Of a stretch of DNA of 64,000 nucleotides, positions 39,015 through 47,232 are shown piece after piece. The DNA is from a virus. Lineage: Duplodnaviria; Heunggongvirae; Uroviricota; Caudoviricetes. Within the stretch, counting starts at the first letter, position 1; each line of letters begins with the position of its first letter. The stretch is from the IMG/VR virus record IMGVR_UViG_3300028888_001839, positions 57,001 through 121,000 of that record, one strand, 5' to 3'. A model generated the notes under the pieces. It was not told where the DNA came from. It was given only the letters and a program-made list of their open reading frames with translations, and ran no database searches. The translations under genes and the position numbers were made by a program.

Positions 39015-40310
39015 ATGAGCAAAGAACTGAAAATCGGTGATTGGTACTACCTCATGATGGGCTACGGCGGGAGCGCGTCGCAATACTGCTGCATTCGCCG
39101 CAAGACAGGCGAGAAGACGGCTAGCGGCATGATGTCTCTTTTCGGGGGGAAGGACGGAGGAATCCGCAATCTCCCCGTGAGTGAGATCTTCGATGCCGTC
39201 GATGAGTGCGGCGTCGTGCATAAGGTGTCCGCGAATGACCTCGCCGCCAACGGGCATATTGGTATCGGCACCCTCGAAGAGCCGAGGTACGGGCATGTTG
39301 CGAGCATTTACCGTGAGGATGCCCGACTCCTTGTGGAAATCGGCAAGTATACGGAAGCGGAAATTGAGGCGGCATTCCCTAACGCCTTCAAGGATTCCGA
39401 GGAAGAGGCGGATGTCAACCCGTACAAGACCGAACCGATGACGGACAAGCAGGAGGAGATTCTTAAGGCCGCCTATGCCGCCAACTGTGAGCGGAAGCGG
39501 AAGGCGGAGGAAGAGAAGAGCCGCAAGTTCCATGAGGCCGTAGAGGCGGCGAAGAAGGAACTTGACTATATTCCGTGCAAGGGGGCGGCAGATGGCAAGT
39601 GGCTTTCGTGCGGAGAGAAGCGCCGTAACCTTCTGGCGGTTCTGAAGCACAAGTTCCCCGGCGTGAAGTTCTCCGTGCGGACGAGGAACGGGAGCATGAG
39701 CGACTCCGTGACCGTGTCGTATGAGGACGGCCCCGCAACTGGTGATGTGGAGAAGGTTGTAGACCTTTTCCAGATGACGAAATACAATGCTTACGAGGAC
39801 TACCACGAGCCTACGAGCACGGCATATTCGGTTGTGTGCGGCGGCTTTAGCTATGCTTTCGTTAAGCGCACATATTCCGCCAATGTCCACAAGTATATCA
39901 CAGAGTGGCTGATTGCCAATGTCGGGGGCTGTGACAAGGAGTATGCCAATTTAACGGCGCGCCGTGTAATGTCGCAGACGGTATTTCCAACGGGCGGCTA
40001 TGGACTGGCGGGGATGGAGCATGATGCGAACGGGTGGCACTTGGTTGTCAAGCCGAAGGCAGGGACGGGAAAGCCGACCCCGCCAGATGCCCCGAAGGGG
40101 AGCGGCAACGGCGAGGGGGTGACGATTACGGAGAACACGGAGAAGAACGGCATTGAGATCCGTTTCCCGTCCATGCCGTCCGAGGAGATTCGTAGCGACC
40201 TCAAGGCTAATGGGTGGCGTTGGACACGATATAACGGAGGGCTTTGGTATAACAAGGCGAATGATAACAATCGGGCTTTTGCTCGAGAGATTGCGAAAAA
40301 AGTTGCTTGA
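39015..40310 (+). CDS. LPD29 (large polyvalent protein domain)-like protein
   Basis: LKHKFPGVKFSVR...VSYEDGP...V...YEDY motif; C-terminal NGIEIRF..PSEEIR..LK.NGWRW; ends KKVA. Confidence 0.7.
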   Translation: MSKELKIGDWYYLMMGYGGSASQYCCIRRKTGEKTASGMMSLFGGKDGGIRNLPVSEIFDAVDECGVVHKVSANDLAANGHIGIGTLEEPRYGHVASIYREDARLLVEIGKYTEAEIEAAFPNAFKDSEEEADVNPYKTEPMTDKQEEILKAAYAANCERKRKAEEEKSRKFHEAVEAAKKELDYIPCKGAADGKWLSCGEKRRNLLAVLKHKFPGVKFSVRTRNGSMSDSVTVSYEDGPATGDVEKVVDLFQMTKYNAYEDYHEPTSTAYSVVCGGFSYAFVKRTYSANVHKYITEWLIANVGGCDKEYANLTARRVMSQTVFPTGGYGLAGMEHDANGWHLVVKPKAGTGKPTPPDAPKGSGNGEGVTITENTEKNGIEIRFPSMPSEEIRSDLKANGWRWTRYNGGLWYNKANDNNRAFAREIAKKVA

Positions 40311-40316
40311 TTGTGG

Positions 40317-40345
40317 TTGCGCACTGCAAGGGGATTTGGTATAAT
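40317..40345 (+). promoter_or_regulatory. Promoter of HNH unit
   Basis: TTGCGC-17-TATAAT with extended TG. Confidence 0.7.
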
Positions 40346-40403
40346 CCCCTTGTCCTCTGCACTATGAGTCGCAACCATAGAGCGATAGAGAGGCGGTAGT
40401 TTT

Positions 40404-40469
40404 GTCGTGCTATACATAAAGGGTAAACCCTTTCTCTCCGAAAGGAGTGTTGCGAATGTGTAGCACGAC
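40404..40469 (+). ncRNA. Branched structured RNA (C4/CI antisense-like)
   Basis: 14-bp closing stem gtcgtgctatacat/atgtgtagcacgac; inner hairpins aaaggg-taaa-cccttt and ctcc-gaaa-ggag; junction GTTGCGA complementary to flanking TCGCAAC repeats. Confidence 0.6.
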
Positions 40470-40496
40470 TATTTGTTTAGAGTGGAGTCGCAACCC

Positions 40497-41234
40497 ATGC
40501 AAGAACCGTATGTATTCGTAAGAGTAGGGAAACGGAAGTATGTGCGAGAGCATATACTTGTGATGGAGAAGAAACTTGGTCATCCTATCCCAAAGGGGTA
40601 TCATGTACATCATATCAATGGAGACACAAGAGACAATCGGCCGGAAAACCTTGAACTATATGTAGCAGGAGATCATTGTCGGCTGCATTTCAAGGAAAGA
40701 AGGATGAGAGGGGAGTTTTTGACAAGTGAGGAGAAAGCCGAAAAAGCAAGACTGAATGCAAGGGCTTATAGGGCAGCACATCGGGAAGAAGTAAGATTGA
40801 AACAAAAGGAACGATATTATCAGAATCGGGATTAGATACTTGCCAAAAAAAAGGAGTGGAAGAAATCCCATAAAGAACAGATCGCAAGAAGCGGGAAAGA
40901 GTACAGAGAAAAACACAAAGCCGAAATTAGAGAAAAAGATAGGCGCTATTACCAGACACATAGAGAAGAAATTAGGGAGAGTGGGAAGAAGTATCGAGAA
41001 AGGAATAGGGAAGTCATAAAAAAAAGACGGGCTGCTTACTATGAAAAACACAAAGATGAATTGGCTAGAAAAGGAAAAGTGTTTAGAGAAAAAAATAAAC
41101 AGAGGATTTCCGAACAAAGGAAGAGGTATCGTGCTATGATGACAGTAGAGGAGAAAGAGAAAACTAGGGCATATCATCGAGCCTACTATTTGAAACACAA
41201 GAATGTTCCAAAATCACAAAGAAAGGAAAACTAA
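40497..41234 (+). CDS. HNH endonuclease with basic helical-repeat tail, interrupted by in-frame TAG (40833-40835)
   Basis: HILVMEKKLG...VHHINGDTRDNRPENL; frame stays open 133 codons past TAG with the same Y..xHREEI-type repeats. Confidence 0.75.
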
Positions 41235-41237
41235 AAG

Positions 41238-41405
41238 ATGCCGACACAAAGAGAAATAGAGTTCATGTCTGCGGTTAAATCATCCCTTCGGGAGATTGCC
41301 AAGCAACTGCGAATCCAGAATAGGCTCGAGGAGTTCCGCCTGCGCAAGGAATATTCTTCGGCGGAGAACGACCCGATTCTGGACGACATAATGGAGGGCA
41401 AGTGA
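41238..41405 (+). CDS. Hypothetical protein
   Basis: MPTQREIEF...; 55 aa. Confidence 0.55.
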   Translation: MPTQREIEFMSAVKSSLREIAKQLRIQNRLEEFRLRKEYSSAENDPILDDIMEGK

Positions 41406-41707
41406 TGATTACGAGAGGCAAGGAGTACAAGGCTACTGGCGAGGATGCGCAAGCCTGGAACATCCGCAAGAGAAGAGTGTGCTATGTCACTGCAGGAGTC
41501 CCGACTCCAGAGCAGAAGAAGCAGATAGAGCGCATTGAGAAGGGGGTTGTTGACGGGGAGTGGAACGGAGACCCCAACCACACGATGCGGAATGCGGAGT
41601 TCATGGGGATAGACTTCTATGAGGAGGAAATAAGGGCTGATGGGAAGTGGCATAGGGTTGACGACCCCGATGTTGCAATTAGCCTGATGCAGACGGGGGC
41701 GCTATGA
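41402..41707 (+). CDS. Hypothetical protein
   Basis: GGAGG SD, coupled. Confidence 0.65.
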   Translation: MMITRGKEYKATGEDAQAWNIRKRRVCYVTAGVPTPEQKKQIERIEKGVVDGEWNGDPNHTMRNAEFMGIDFYEEEIRADGKWHRVDDPDVAISLMQTGAL

Positions 41708-41994
41708 GTCTGCCGCTGCCGCAGCAGAACCGCTTGGCTTGGCGGCTGGCGGGGCTGATGAACACACGCATAGACAAGATTTTTAGCCCCTTGGAGATAT
41801 GGGCTGTCAAGGCATTCATCCCCGACCCTGTCGCAATCGAGAAGCTGATGGTGCAGCGCGGACAGTACGACGACAAGGCCGACCCTTGCGAATCCCTCTA
41901 CGATGCTATCGGGAGGGTGTATGGTGATGAAGCCTTGCGGATAGTGAAGCGGCTGGTTGGAGGCGAGGAAGAGGGGGAAGGAGAAAAAAGTTGA
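41704..41994 (+). CDS. Hypothetical protein
   Basis: ATGA coupling. Confidence 0.65.
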   Translation: MSLPLPQQNRLAWRLAGLMNTRIDKIFSPLEIWAVKAFIPDPVAIEKLMVQRGQYDDKADPCESLYDAIGRVYGDEALRIVKRLVGGEEEGEGEKS

Positions 41995-42013
41995 AAAATC
42001 TTTAGTTGGCCCC

Positions 42014-42042
42014 TTGCAAGCCGACCGTGGGTATGGTATACT
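42014..42042 (+). promoter_or_regulatory. Cassette promoter (near-identical to 37114 copy)
   Basis: TTGCAA-17-TATACT; 68/71 nt identical to 37113-37183. Confidence 0.85.
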
Positions 42043-42105
42043 ATGCGCCGTCAAGCCCATGGTGGGCGGACAAACAAGGACAAAGACAAAGCAAGGACAA
42101 CAAAA

Positions 42106-42624
42106 ATGAACGTTAGCAAGCAGATGATTGAGGCCTCAAGAGGCAAGGCGATGAAGAGCGCACCGCTCCGCAAGGCGCTAATGAACTGGTTTAAGCTCAA
42201 GGGCAACTGTCCTTACCCCGAAATCACCGACTTCGGGAAGTGGGTGGAGGAACTGCTCTATCATATCGGTGACATGATTAAGGAAGATAAGGATGTGACG
42301 ATAGACAACCTTGTTGCGGGGCTGAAGGTAAATGCCATTGGCGACCCGCTCGCAGTTAAGTGTTCCGCCGCATTGGAGAAGAAGAACATACAGACGGACA
42401 TTAACTGCTATGTTGAGGAAGGCATGGTATATGCCTCGGTGTGGATGAAGCACATGGTCTTGGACTATGTGAATGAGAAGGCGGAAGAGGTGGCGGGAAA
42501 GTTCAAGGAGAGGGGGTATTCCGTGGACTTGTGGACTGATGAAGAAGATGCAAGCGAGATTACCGTGAATGCTTGTATTGACTTTGACAAGTATGTGGAA
42601 AACCAGAAGAAGGGAGGGCGGTAA
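42106..42624 (+). CDS. Hypothetical early protein
   Basis: After AAGGAC leader. Confidence 0.7.
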   Translation: MNVSKQMIEASRGKAMKSAPLRKALMNWFKLKGNCPYPEITDFGKWVEELLYHIGDMIKEDKDVTIDNLVAGLKVNAIGDPLAVKCSAALEKKNIQTDINCYVEEGMVYASVWMKHMVLDYVNEKAEEVAGKFKERGYSVDLWTDEEDASEITVNACIDFDKYVENQKKGGR

Positions 42625-42625
42625 G

Positions 42626-42793
42626 ATGAGGGATAGGGTTTATCTTTTCCGTAATGACTATCCGTCTTATTACAAGTATCGGAAGGACATAAAGGCACAT
42701 CGTGATGCGGGGTATGTCATCCGCAACGTCTATGGCGGAGTGGTGTGTTTCCGCGATTGGAGCGAATACAAGGTTTGGGCGAATCAGAAGTAA
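42626..42793 (+). CDS. Hypothetical protein
   Basis: GGAGG SD. Confidence 0.55.
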   Translation: MRDRVYLFRNDYPSYYKYRKDIKAHRDAGYVIRNVYGGVVCFRDWSEYKVWANQK

Positions 42794-42805
42794 GGAGGTA
42801 GCAAG

Positions 42806-43102
42806 ATGGTTATCGCAAAGACAACAACTCTTTTGGAAGTATTGGCGGAACTGATAGAGCGCAACCGCAAGATGGGTGTAGACCCAAAGTACATGGACTT
42901 TCTTATCAAGGTTTACGGCAATGCCTATCGTGATAAATCGTTTGCCGATTGTCTGGAGACTTGCATTGACTACTCTGCAGGCTTTGCTCCGACTCTCGAC
43001 AAGGTAGAGTTGACATTGGCACGGATGGAGGGCGGCATTCGCCCGTTGCTGGAGGACAAGGGGATAGTAAAGCCGTTGCCCGAAGTGAAAGAGGAGGTGT
43101 GA
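42806..43102 (+). CDS. Hypothetical protein
   Basis: AAGGAGG SD. Confidence 0.65.
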   Translation: MVIAKTTTLLEVLAELIERNRKMGVDPKYMDFLIKVYGNAYRDKSFADCLETCIDYSAGFAPTLDKVELTLARMEGGIRPLLEDKGIVKPLPEVKEEV

Positions 43103-43276
43103 CATGAGAAGAGTGCAGACTTTTGTGGTGACGATTGAGACACCCTACAAGGATTCGTGCGGTATGTACACCCATGAACTCACGGAGGGTGACATCCGTA
43201 GAGCATTGGTGAATGCTTTGAGCGAGAGCATTGAGGTTTCAGTGGATGAGCGAGGCAGTACGGTAAAGGGGAATGA

Positions 43277-43507
43277 GTGATGAAGAGGGTTGTACTCGCA
43301 TTGATAGCCGTCCTTCTTGCGATGGCGGCAGCCGCACGGACTATGGAGGTGTTTCTGAATATCCCAGGGATGAAGCCCGTGCATTGTCTCAATGCCGATG
43401 TTGAGTGGGATGCGAAGACTCTCATGGTGACGATACGGATGCCTTGGGGAGTGACTTACACAACGCACATGAGCAACGTCGTGTTGGTTGAGCGGAAGGG
43501 GGAGTAA
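43277..43507 (+). CDS. Small secreted protein
   Basis: MKRVVLALIAVLLAMAAAA signal peptide. Confidence 0.6.
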   Translation: MMKRVVLALIAVLLAMAAAARTMEVFLNIPGMKPVHCLNADVEWDAKTLMVTIRMPWGVTYTTHMSNVVLVERKGE

Positions 43508-43590
43508 TCATCCGCAACACGTGGCGGGAGGGGTGATGGAAGTCTGGCGATGCCGCCAGAAAAAAAGTTAAAAATATTTTCATTACCCCC

Positions 43591-43619
43591 TTGCAAGCCG
43601 ACCGAAAGTTTGATAGACT
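43591..43619 (+). promoter_or_regulatory. Cassette promoter
   Basis: TTGCAA-17-TAGACT; same hairpin as 35800 copy. Confidence 0.8.
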
Positions 43620-43679
43620 ATGTGCCGTTCCCCCGCGTGGGGGATTTCAACAAGGACAAGACAGACAAGGACAAAGACA

Positions 43680-44312
43680 ATGGAAATCAAAACTTGGATA
43701 AAGTACGAAGAGCCGTATCTGCCGCCGCGATGCCGCAAGATGCGCTACAAGGAAGGCGAAGAGTACATCTATGTACTCTTGAAGGAGGTGCCTTTCTCAA
43801 AGTTGGTTCTCGCCTATGAGGACAAGTCCTATGACGGCAAGGGCAAAATCTATCGCTTGGGAAGGAAGCTCTATGCAAAGGCAAAGATGCCCAATCTCCC
43901 GAAGGAGGATTTGAAGCGGTATGGGGTTAAGACTCCTCTCGAATGGCGGATTTATTGCAATGAGAAAATGTCTCTGTATTTCTCTAGCCGTTACTTCGAC
44001 GGCGAGAATGCCACAAGGGAAGCGATGATTGCCAAGGCCAAGGCCGACATTAGCAAGTACATTCTTGTGGACGGCGTGCTTTATGAGCTGACTTGCAAGC
44101 CCGAATATCATATTCTGACTTTTGGATGCGGCAATGGCGACGGCACGGGCCTGTTTGTCTCTTACCCCGCTCGCCGTGATTGCGGCTGGCATTTCCCCGC
44201 CACAAAGGGAGATGATGCCGTGGCAAAGGCAAAGAAGATTGCCATCGGGCGGAGGGATTTCAACAGCGCAAAGCTCTTCAAGAAATACATTACGGTCTAT
44301 GAAGGGAAGTAA
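43680..44312 (+). CDS. Conserved phage hypothetical protein
   Basis: After AAGGAC leader; YLPPRCRKMRY. Confidence 0.7.
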   Translation: MEIKTWIKYEEPYLPPRCRKMRYKEGEEYIYVLLKEVPFSKLVLAYEDKSYDGKGKIYRLGRKLYAKAKMPNLPKEDLKRYGVKTPLEWRIYCNEKMSLYFSSRYFDGENATREAMIAKAKADISKYILVDGVLYELTCKPEYHILTFGCGNGDGTGLFVSYPARRDCGWHFPATKGDDAVAKAKKIAIGRRDFNSAKLFKKYITVYEGK

Positions 44313-44325
44313 GGAGGTGGTTAAG

Positions 44326-45159
44326 ATGATGCACTCGGGAGAAATGTGCGATGCCCTCTTGAACGGGGGCATTGGAGAGACGGTGAAACTGTCGGGCAAC
44401 GTGAACAACCTCACAACGGCGATGCGGTTCTTCAAGGGCGGCAAGATGAGCATTCGGGGGCTGGTTGAACTCGACCAGTCCAACTACAAGGGAACGAACA
44501 TCCGCAAGGCAAACCTTGCCGATGCCAAGTCCGTGTTCGACGTGTTCAACGTGTTCACGACAGAGACAACGGAGAAGTGCCGCCGTCCAATCTTTGATTT
44601 TGAGCATGATGGTCTTGCCGCTTCCGATGGATGGAAGATGCTTGCCTGCCGCATTCCACGGGGATTCCCGATTGCCGATGCCGTGCCGAGCGGTTTCACG
44701 AATGACATAGCTTTCCGTTGGAGGGAGATAGCGGAGGACATGGAATGCTCCGACTATGTTCTTTCCTTCTATCGCCGCATGGCAACCTTCGGGAAGGGTA
44801 GCGAGAAGCACGGACTTCTGCAGGCTGTCCGTGATGCGGTCAAGGCTTATGAGCATAGCGCCGACGATGGGTGCTGGAACACTCTCCGTCTCAAAATCGG
44901 CACCAAGTTCTATGATGCCGTGAGCGTAGCAAATCTCGTTGATGCCCTCTTCAAGTTGGGATGCTCTACGGTGGCTTTCTGCGAAAAGACGGCTTTCGAC
45001 GGCATTTATGTGTGCACGAGTACACCGCTTCACATCTTCGGATTTGGATGCGAGATGGATGCCGCCAAGGGGGTTATCATGCCCCTTCGGTATGCGGACG
45101 ATTCTTTGGGGGCATTTGTGATGCCCACTGACGGAGCAACCGAAAGGAAGGTTGCATAA
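44326..45159 (+). CDS. Hypothetical protein with beta-clamp-like motifs
   Basis: AAGGAGG SD; LAASDGWKML and GVIMPLR resemble DnaN motifs; ends RKVA. Confidence 0.5.
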   Translation: MMHSGEMCDALLNGGIGETVKLSGNVNNLTTAMRFFKGGKMSIRGLVELDQSNYKGTNIRKANLADAKSVFDVFNVFTTETTEKCRRPIFDFEHDGLAASDGWKMLACRIPRGFPIADAVPSGFTNDIAFRWREIAEDMECSDYVLSFYRRMATFGKGSEKHGLLQAVRDAVKAYEHSADDGCWNTLRLKIGTKFYDAVSVANLVDALFKLGCSTVAFCEKTAFDGIYVCTSTPLHIFGFGCEMDAAKGVIMPLRYADDSLGAFVMPTDGATERKVA

Positions 45160-45175
45160 AGGAGCAAAGAGAAAA

Positions 45176-45478
45176 ATGGAGAAGAACAAAGAAAAGACAG
45201 AGAAGCAGACGGCATTCATCCGATGCGACGGATGGGTGATCAGCGCCGACGGGATGCAGCGCCTTACCAAGGCGGGACACAAGGGACACGACAAGTTCAT
45301 GGAGTCCATGAAGTCCCAGATTGGCGAATGGCACAGGGTAAGCAAGCCCCTAGACCGCGATGCGGCGGAGATTGTCAAGTCCGTGAAGGGCATGGTGGCG
45401 AGGGCGATGTTCGTCTCTAAGGCCATCGTGAACGAAGCGGAGCGGAGAGCGAAGCAGGAGAGCAAAATCTATGGCTAA
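45176..45478 (+). CDS. Hypothetical protein
   Basis: AAGGAG SD. Confidence 0.65.
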   Translation: MEKNKEKTEKQTAFIRCDGWVISADGMQRLTKAGHKGHDKFMESMKSQIGEWHRVSKPLDRDAAEIVKSVKGMVARAMFVSKAIVNEAERRAKQESKIYG

Positions 45479-45698
45479 AGAGACAAAGACGAAGAAGGGC
45501 ATGGGGTACGATATCAAGCCGGCCCTCGAAGCGATTAGGCAGAAGCGGCTTGAACGGGAGAGCCGTGGAGAGTTCCCCGCGGAGTTCATGCGGCTTTCTC
45601 TCACGGATGATGCCTACGATATCGTGAAGGGCATGGACAATCCCACGTTCAGGGAGTTTGTATCTTCGGCAATCCGTAGAGCGGCGCGACGGAGATAG
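45471..45698 (+). CDS. Small protein, possible ribbon-helix-helix
   Basis: MRLSLTDDAYDIV...FREFVSSAIRR. Confidence 0.5.
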   Translation: MAKETKTKKGMGYDIKPALEAIRQKRLERESRGEFPAEFMRLSLTDDAYDIVKGMDNPTFREFVSSAIRRAARRR

Positions 45699-45731
45699 CC
45701 CCCACTCATCCCCTCCACGATCCGCCGCCTA

Positions 45732-45785
45732 GACCGTCCGCATCTAGCCTTTCGGGTGCGGGCGGTTGCTTATTTAATTTTTTTC
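45732..45785 (+). terminator. Intrinsic terminator
   Basis: accgtccgcatc/ggtgcgggcggt stem followed by T-tract. Confidence 0.65.
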
Positions 45786-45805
45786 ATTTTTCTTTCATTA
45801 CCCCC

Positions 45806-45834
45806 TTGCAAGCCGACCGCAAGTGTGATATACT
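45806..45834 (+). promoter_or_regulatory. Cassette promoter
   Basis: TTGCAA-17-TATACT. Confidence 0.85.
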
Positions 45835-45886
45835 ATGCGGCGTTTGAGGGCAATGGAGCCCCGACAGAAAACAAGGACAAGACACA

Positions 45887-46231
45887 ATGGATATGACAAT
45901 CATAGAAGCGATGGATTACGTCAAGGCTTACGAAGTTGACGGCATTACCCTTACCGAAAGCGGTAGGAATGCGGCGGCGATTATCCTAGAGCGGAGGGCA
46001 ACATGGACACCGACCCATGCCCTTATGCTAGAGCGGATTCGCAATGGGGTTGAAAAGTTGCCGTTCAAGTTGGCTAGGATGGTGAGCCGCACACGGCTAG
46101 GCGATGCCCTAGAACTTGTGCGGAAACTCACAAGGGTTGACCGCCGCAAGGAGAAGTGCAAGCTCCGCCGCAAGGCGGCTAAGGCCCGCAAGCGTGCGGC
46201 TATGGCGGCGATGGAGAGGGCGGCGGCATAA
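45887..46231 (+). CDS. Basic hypothetical protein
   Basis: Ends ERAAA. Confidence 0.7.
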   Translation: MDMTIIEAMDYVKAYEVDGITLTESGRNAAAIILERRATWTPTHALMLERIRNGVEKLPFKLARMVSRTRLGDALELVRKLTRVDRRKEKCKLRRKAAKARKRAAMAAMERAAA

Positions 46232-46245
46232 AGCCCCGCCCAAGA

Positions 46246-46302
46246 GGACACGGACAAGGACACGGACAAGGACACGGACAAGGACAAGGACACGGACACG
46301 GA
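46246..46302 (+). repeat. Tandem GGACA(C/A) hexamer array, 9 units plus GGA
   Basis: ggacac ggacaa ggacac ggacaa ggacac ggacaa ggacaa ggacac ggacac gga; intergenic. Confidence 0.9.
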
Positions 46303-46367
46303 GGGGAAGGGCAACGGACAACAACAAGGACAATCGCCCTTCCCCTTCACAACCGAAAGACAAGACA

Positions 46368-46694
46368 ATGAACCTTTACGACTTCTACGAAAACAACACC
46401 GACCGCAATGCTATCAAAGCCGAATTGATGTGCATTTGCTTCGACAAGACTTCGGCGGAAGCGGCAAAACATCCGTCCCTCAACATCGAGGGCGATGCCC
46501 CCGTCACGATTCGGGTTGGCGGCAATGAGGAGCATTGGGGTAGCCGTTGGCTCTGCTATCGCTACTACAAGCAAGGGGCGATGGAGTGCGAAGGCACAAG
46601 CGAGGGTGACCGCTATTGGCAGATTTTGGCTGGCTTGCTGGAGGGCGCGCCGATTCCTAGCGACGATGTTCCTCTCCGTAGCAAGTCCGCCTAA
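46368..46694 (+). CDS. Hypothetical protein
   Basis: MNLYDFYEN start; ends SKSA. Confidence 0.7.
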   Translation: MNLYDFYENNTDRNAIKAELMCICFDKTSAEAAKHPSLNIEGDAPVTIRVGGNEEHWGSRWLCYRYYKQGAMECEGTSEGDRYWQILAGLLEGAPIPSDDVPLRSKSA

Positions 46695-46717
46695 TTGGGT
46701 TTGCAAGGCACGACCAA

Positions 46718-46759
46718 GCCCGCCCTTCCCCGATTCGGGGAGGGGCAATTTTTATTTTT
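46718..46759 (+). terminator. Intrinsic terminator
   Basis: cccttccccga/tcggggagggg stem followed by T-tract. Confidence 0.7.
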
Positions 46760-46769
46760 ACTGCAGGGG

Positions 46770-46799
46770 TTGCAATTCCAAGTCCGACTGTGGTATAAT
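46770..46799 (+). promoter_or_regulatory. Promoter upstream of omegaRNA/IscB
   Basis: TTGCAA-18-TATAAT. Confidence 0.75.
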
Positions 46800-46920
46800 C
46801 ATCCCCGACGATTTCCGCCGAGTGGCGGGGAGTAGTCGCCGTGACGGTCTTGGAGTTCTGTGAGTTGGCCAATATCGGAGCGGCGGCTACGGGCTTTTTG
46901 AGTGCAAGGAGTGCAAGGAA

Positions 46921-47232
46921 GTTAGTTACCCAACTCTTCAGGGTTGGGCTTGTGAGGGAAACCGATCAAGTCCGCACTGACTAGGAGACTAGAAAAGAAA
47001 CAGAGAAACAGAAATGCTAGTAGCAGTTACAGAGGAATGCATAGGCACCAGCGGATGGTTGTCCAAGTCTGCCGCTCTGCGGATGTGCATTAAACAAGCC
47101 TGCGAGGTAGGGCTAGTGTGCGCATTGAATCAAGGAAACCCTCTGCAACCCTCCGATGGGCACCCAACACGGTGAGGAGTAATCTAATCCGTGACTTACC
47201 GAGAAATCGGTTAAACAAGAGAAAAAGAAAAC
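46921..47232 (+). ncRNA. omegaRNA (HEARO-like) scaffold; guide is the ~20 nt upstream
   Basis: Characteristic blocks gttagttaccc, tgactag, ataggcacc...ggatg..tccaagtc...ctctgcgg, ttaaaca, aaacc directly 5' of iscB. Confidence 0.75.

Noticed and set aside
40404-40469. tRNA gene
   Set aside because: Only two inner hairpins, no T-loop or anticodon arm, no CCA; no tRNA recognised elsewhere by eye
46116-46367. RTRTRT N-terminal extension of ORF 46116-46694
   Set aside because: Translation of the non-coding GGACAM array overlapping the upstream gene; the start at 46368 fits the ACAATG pattern
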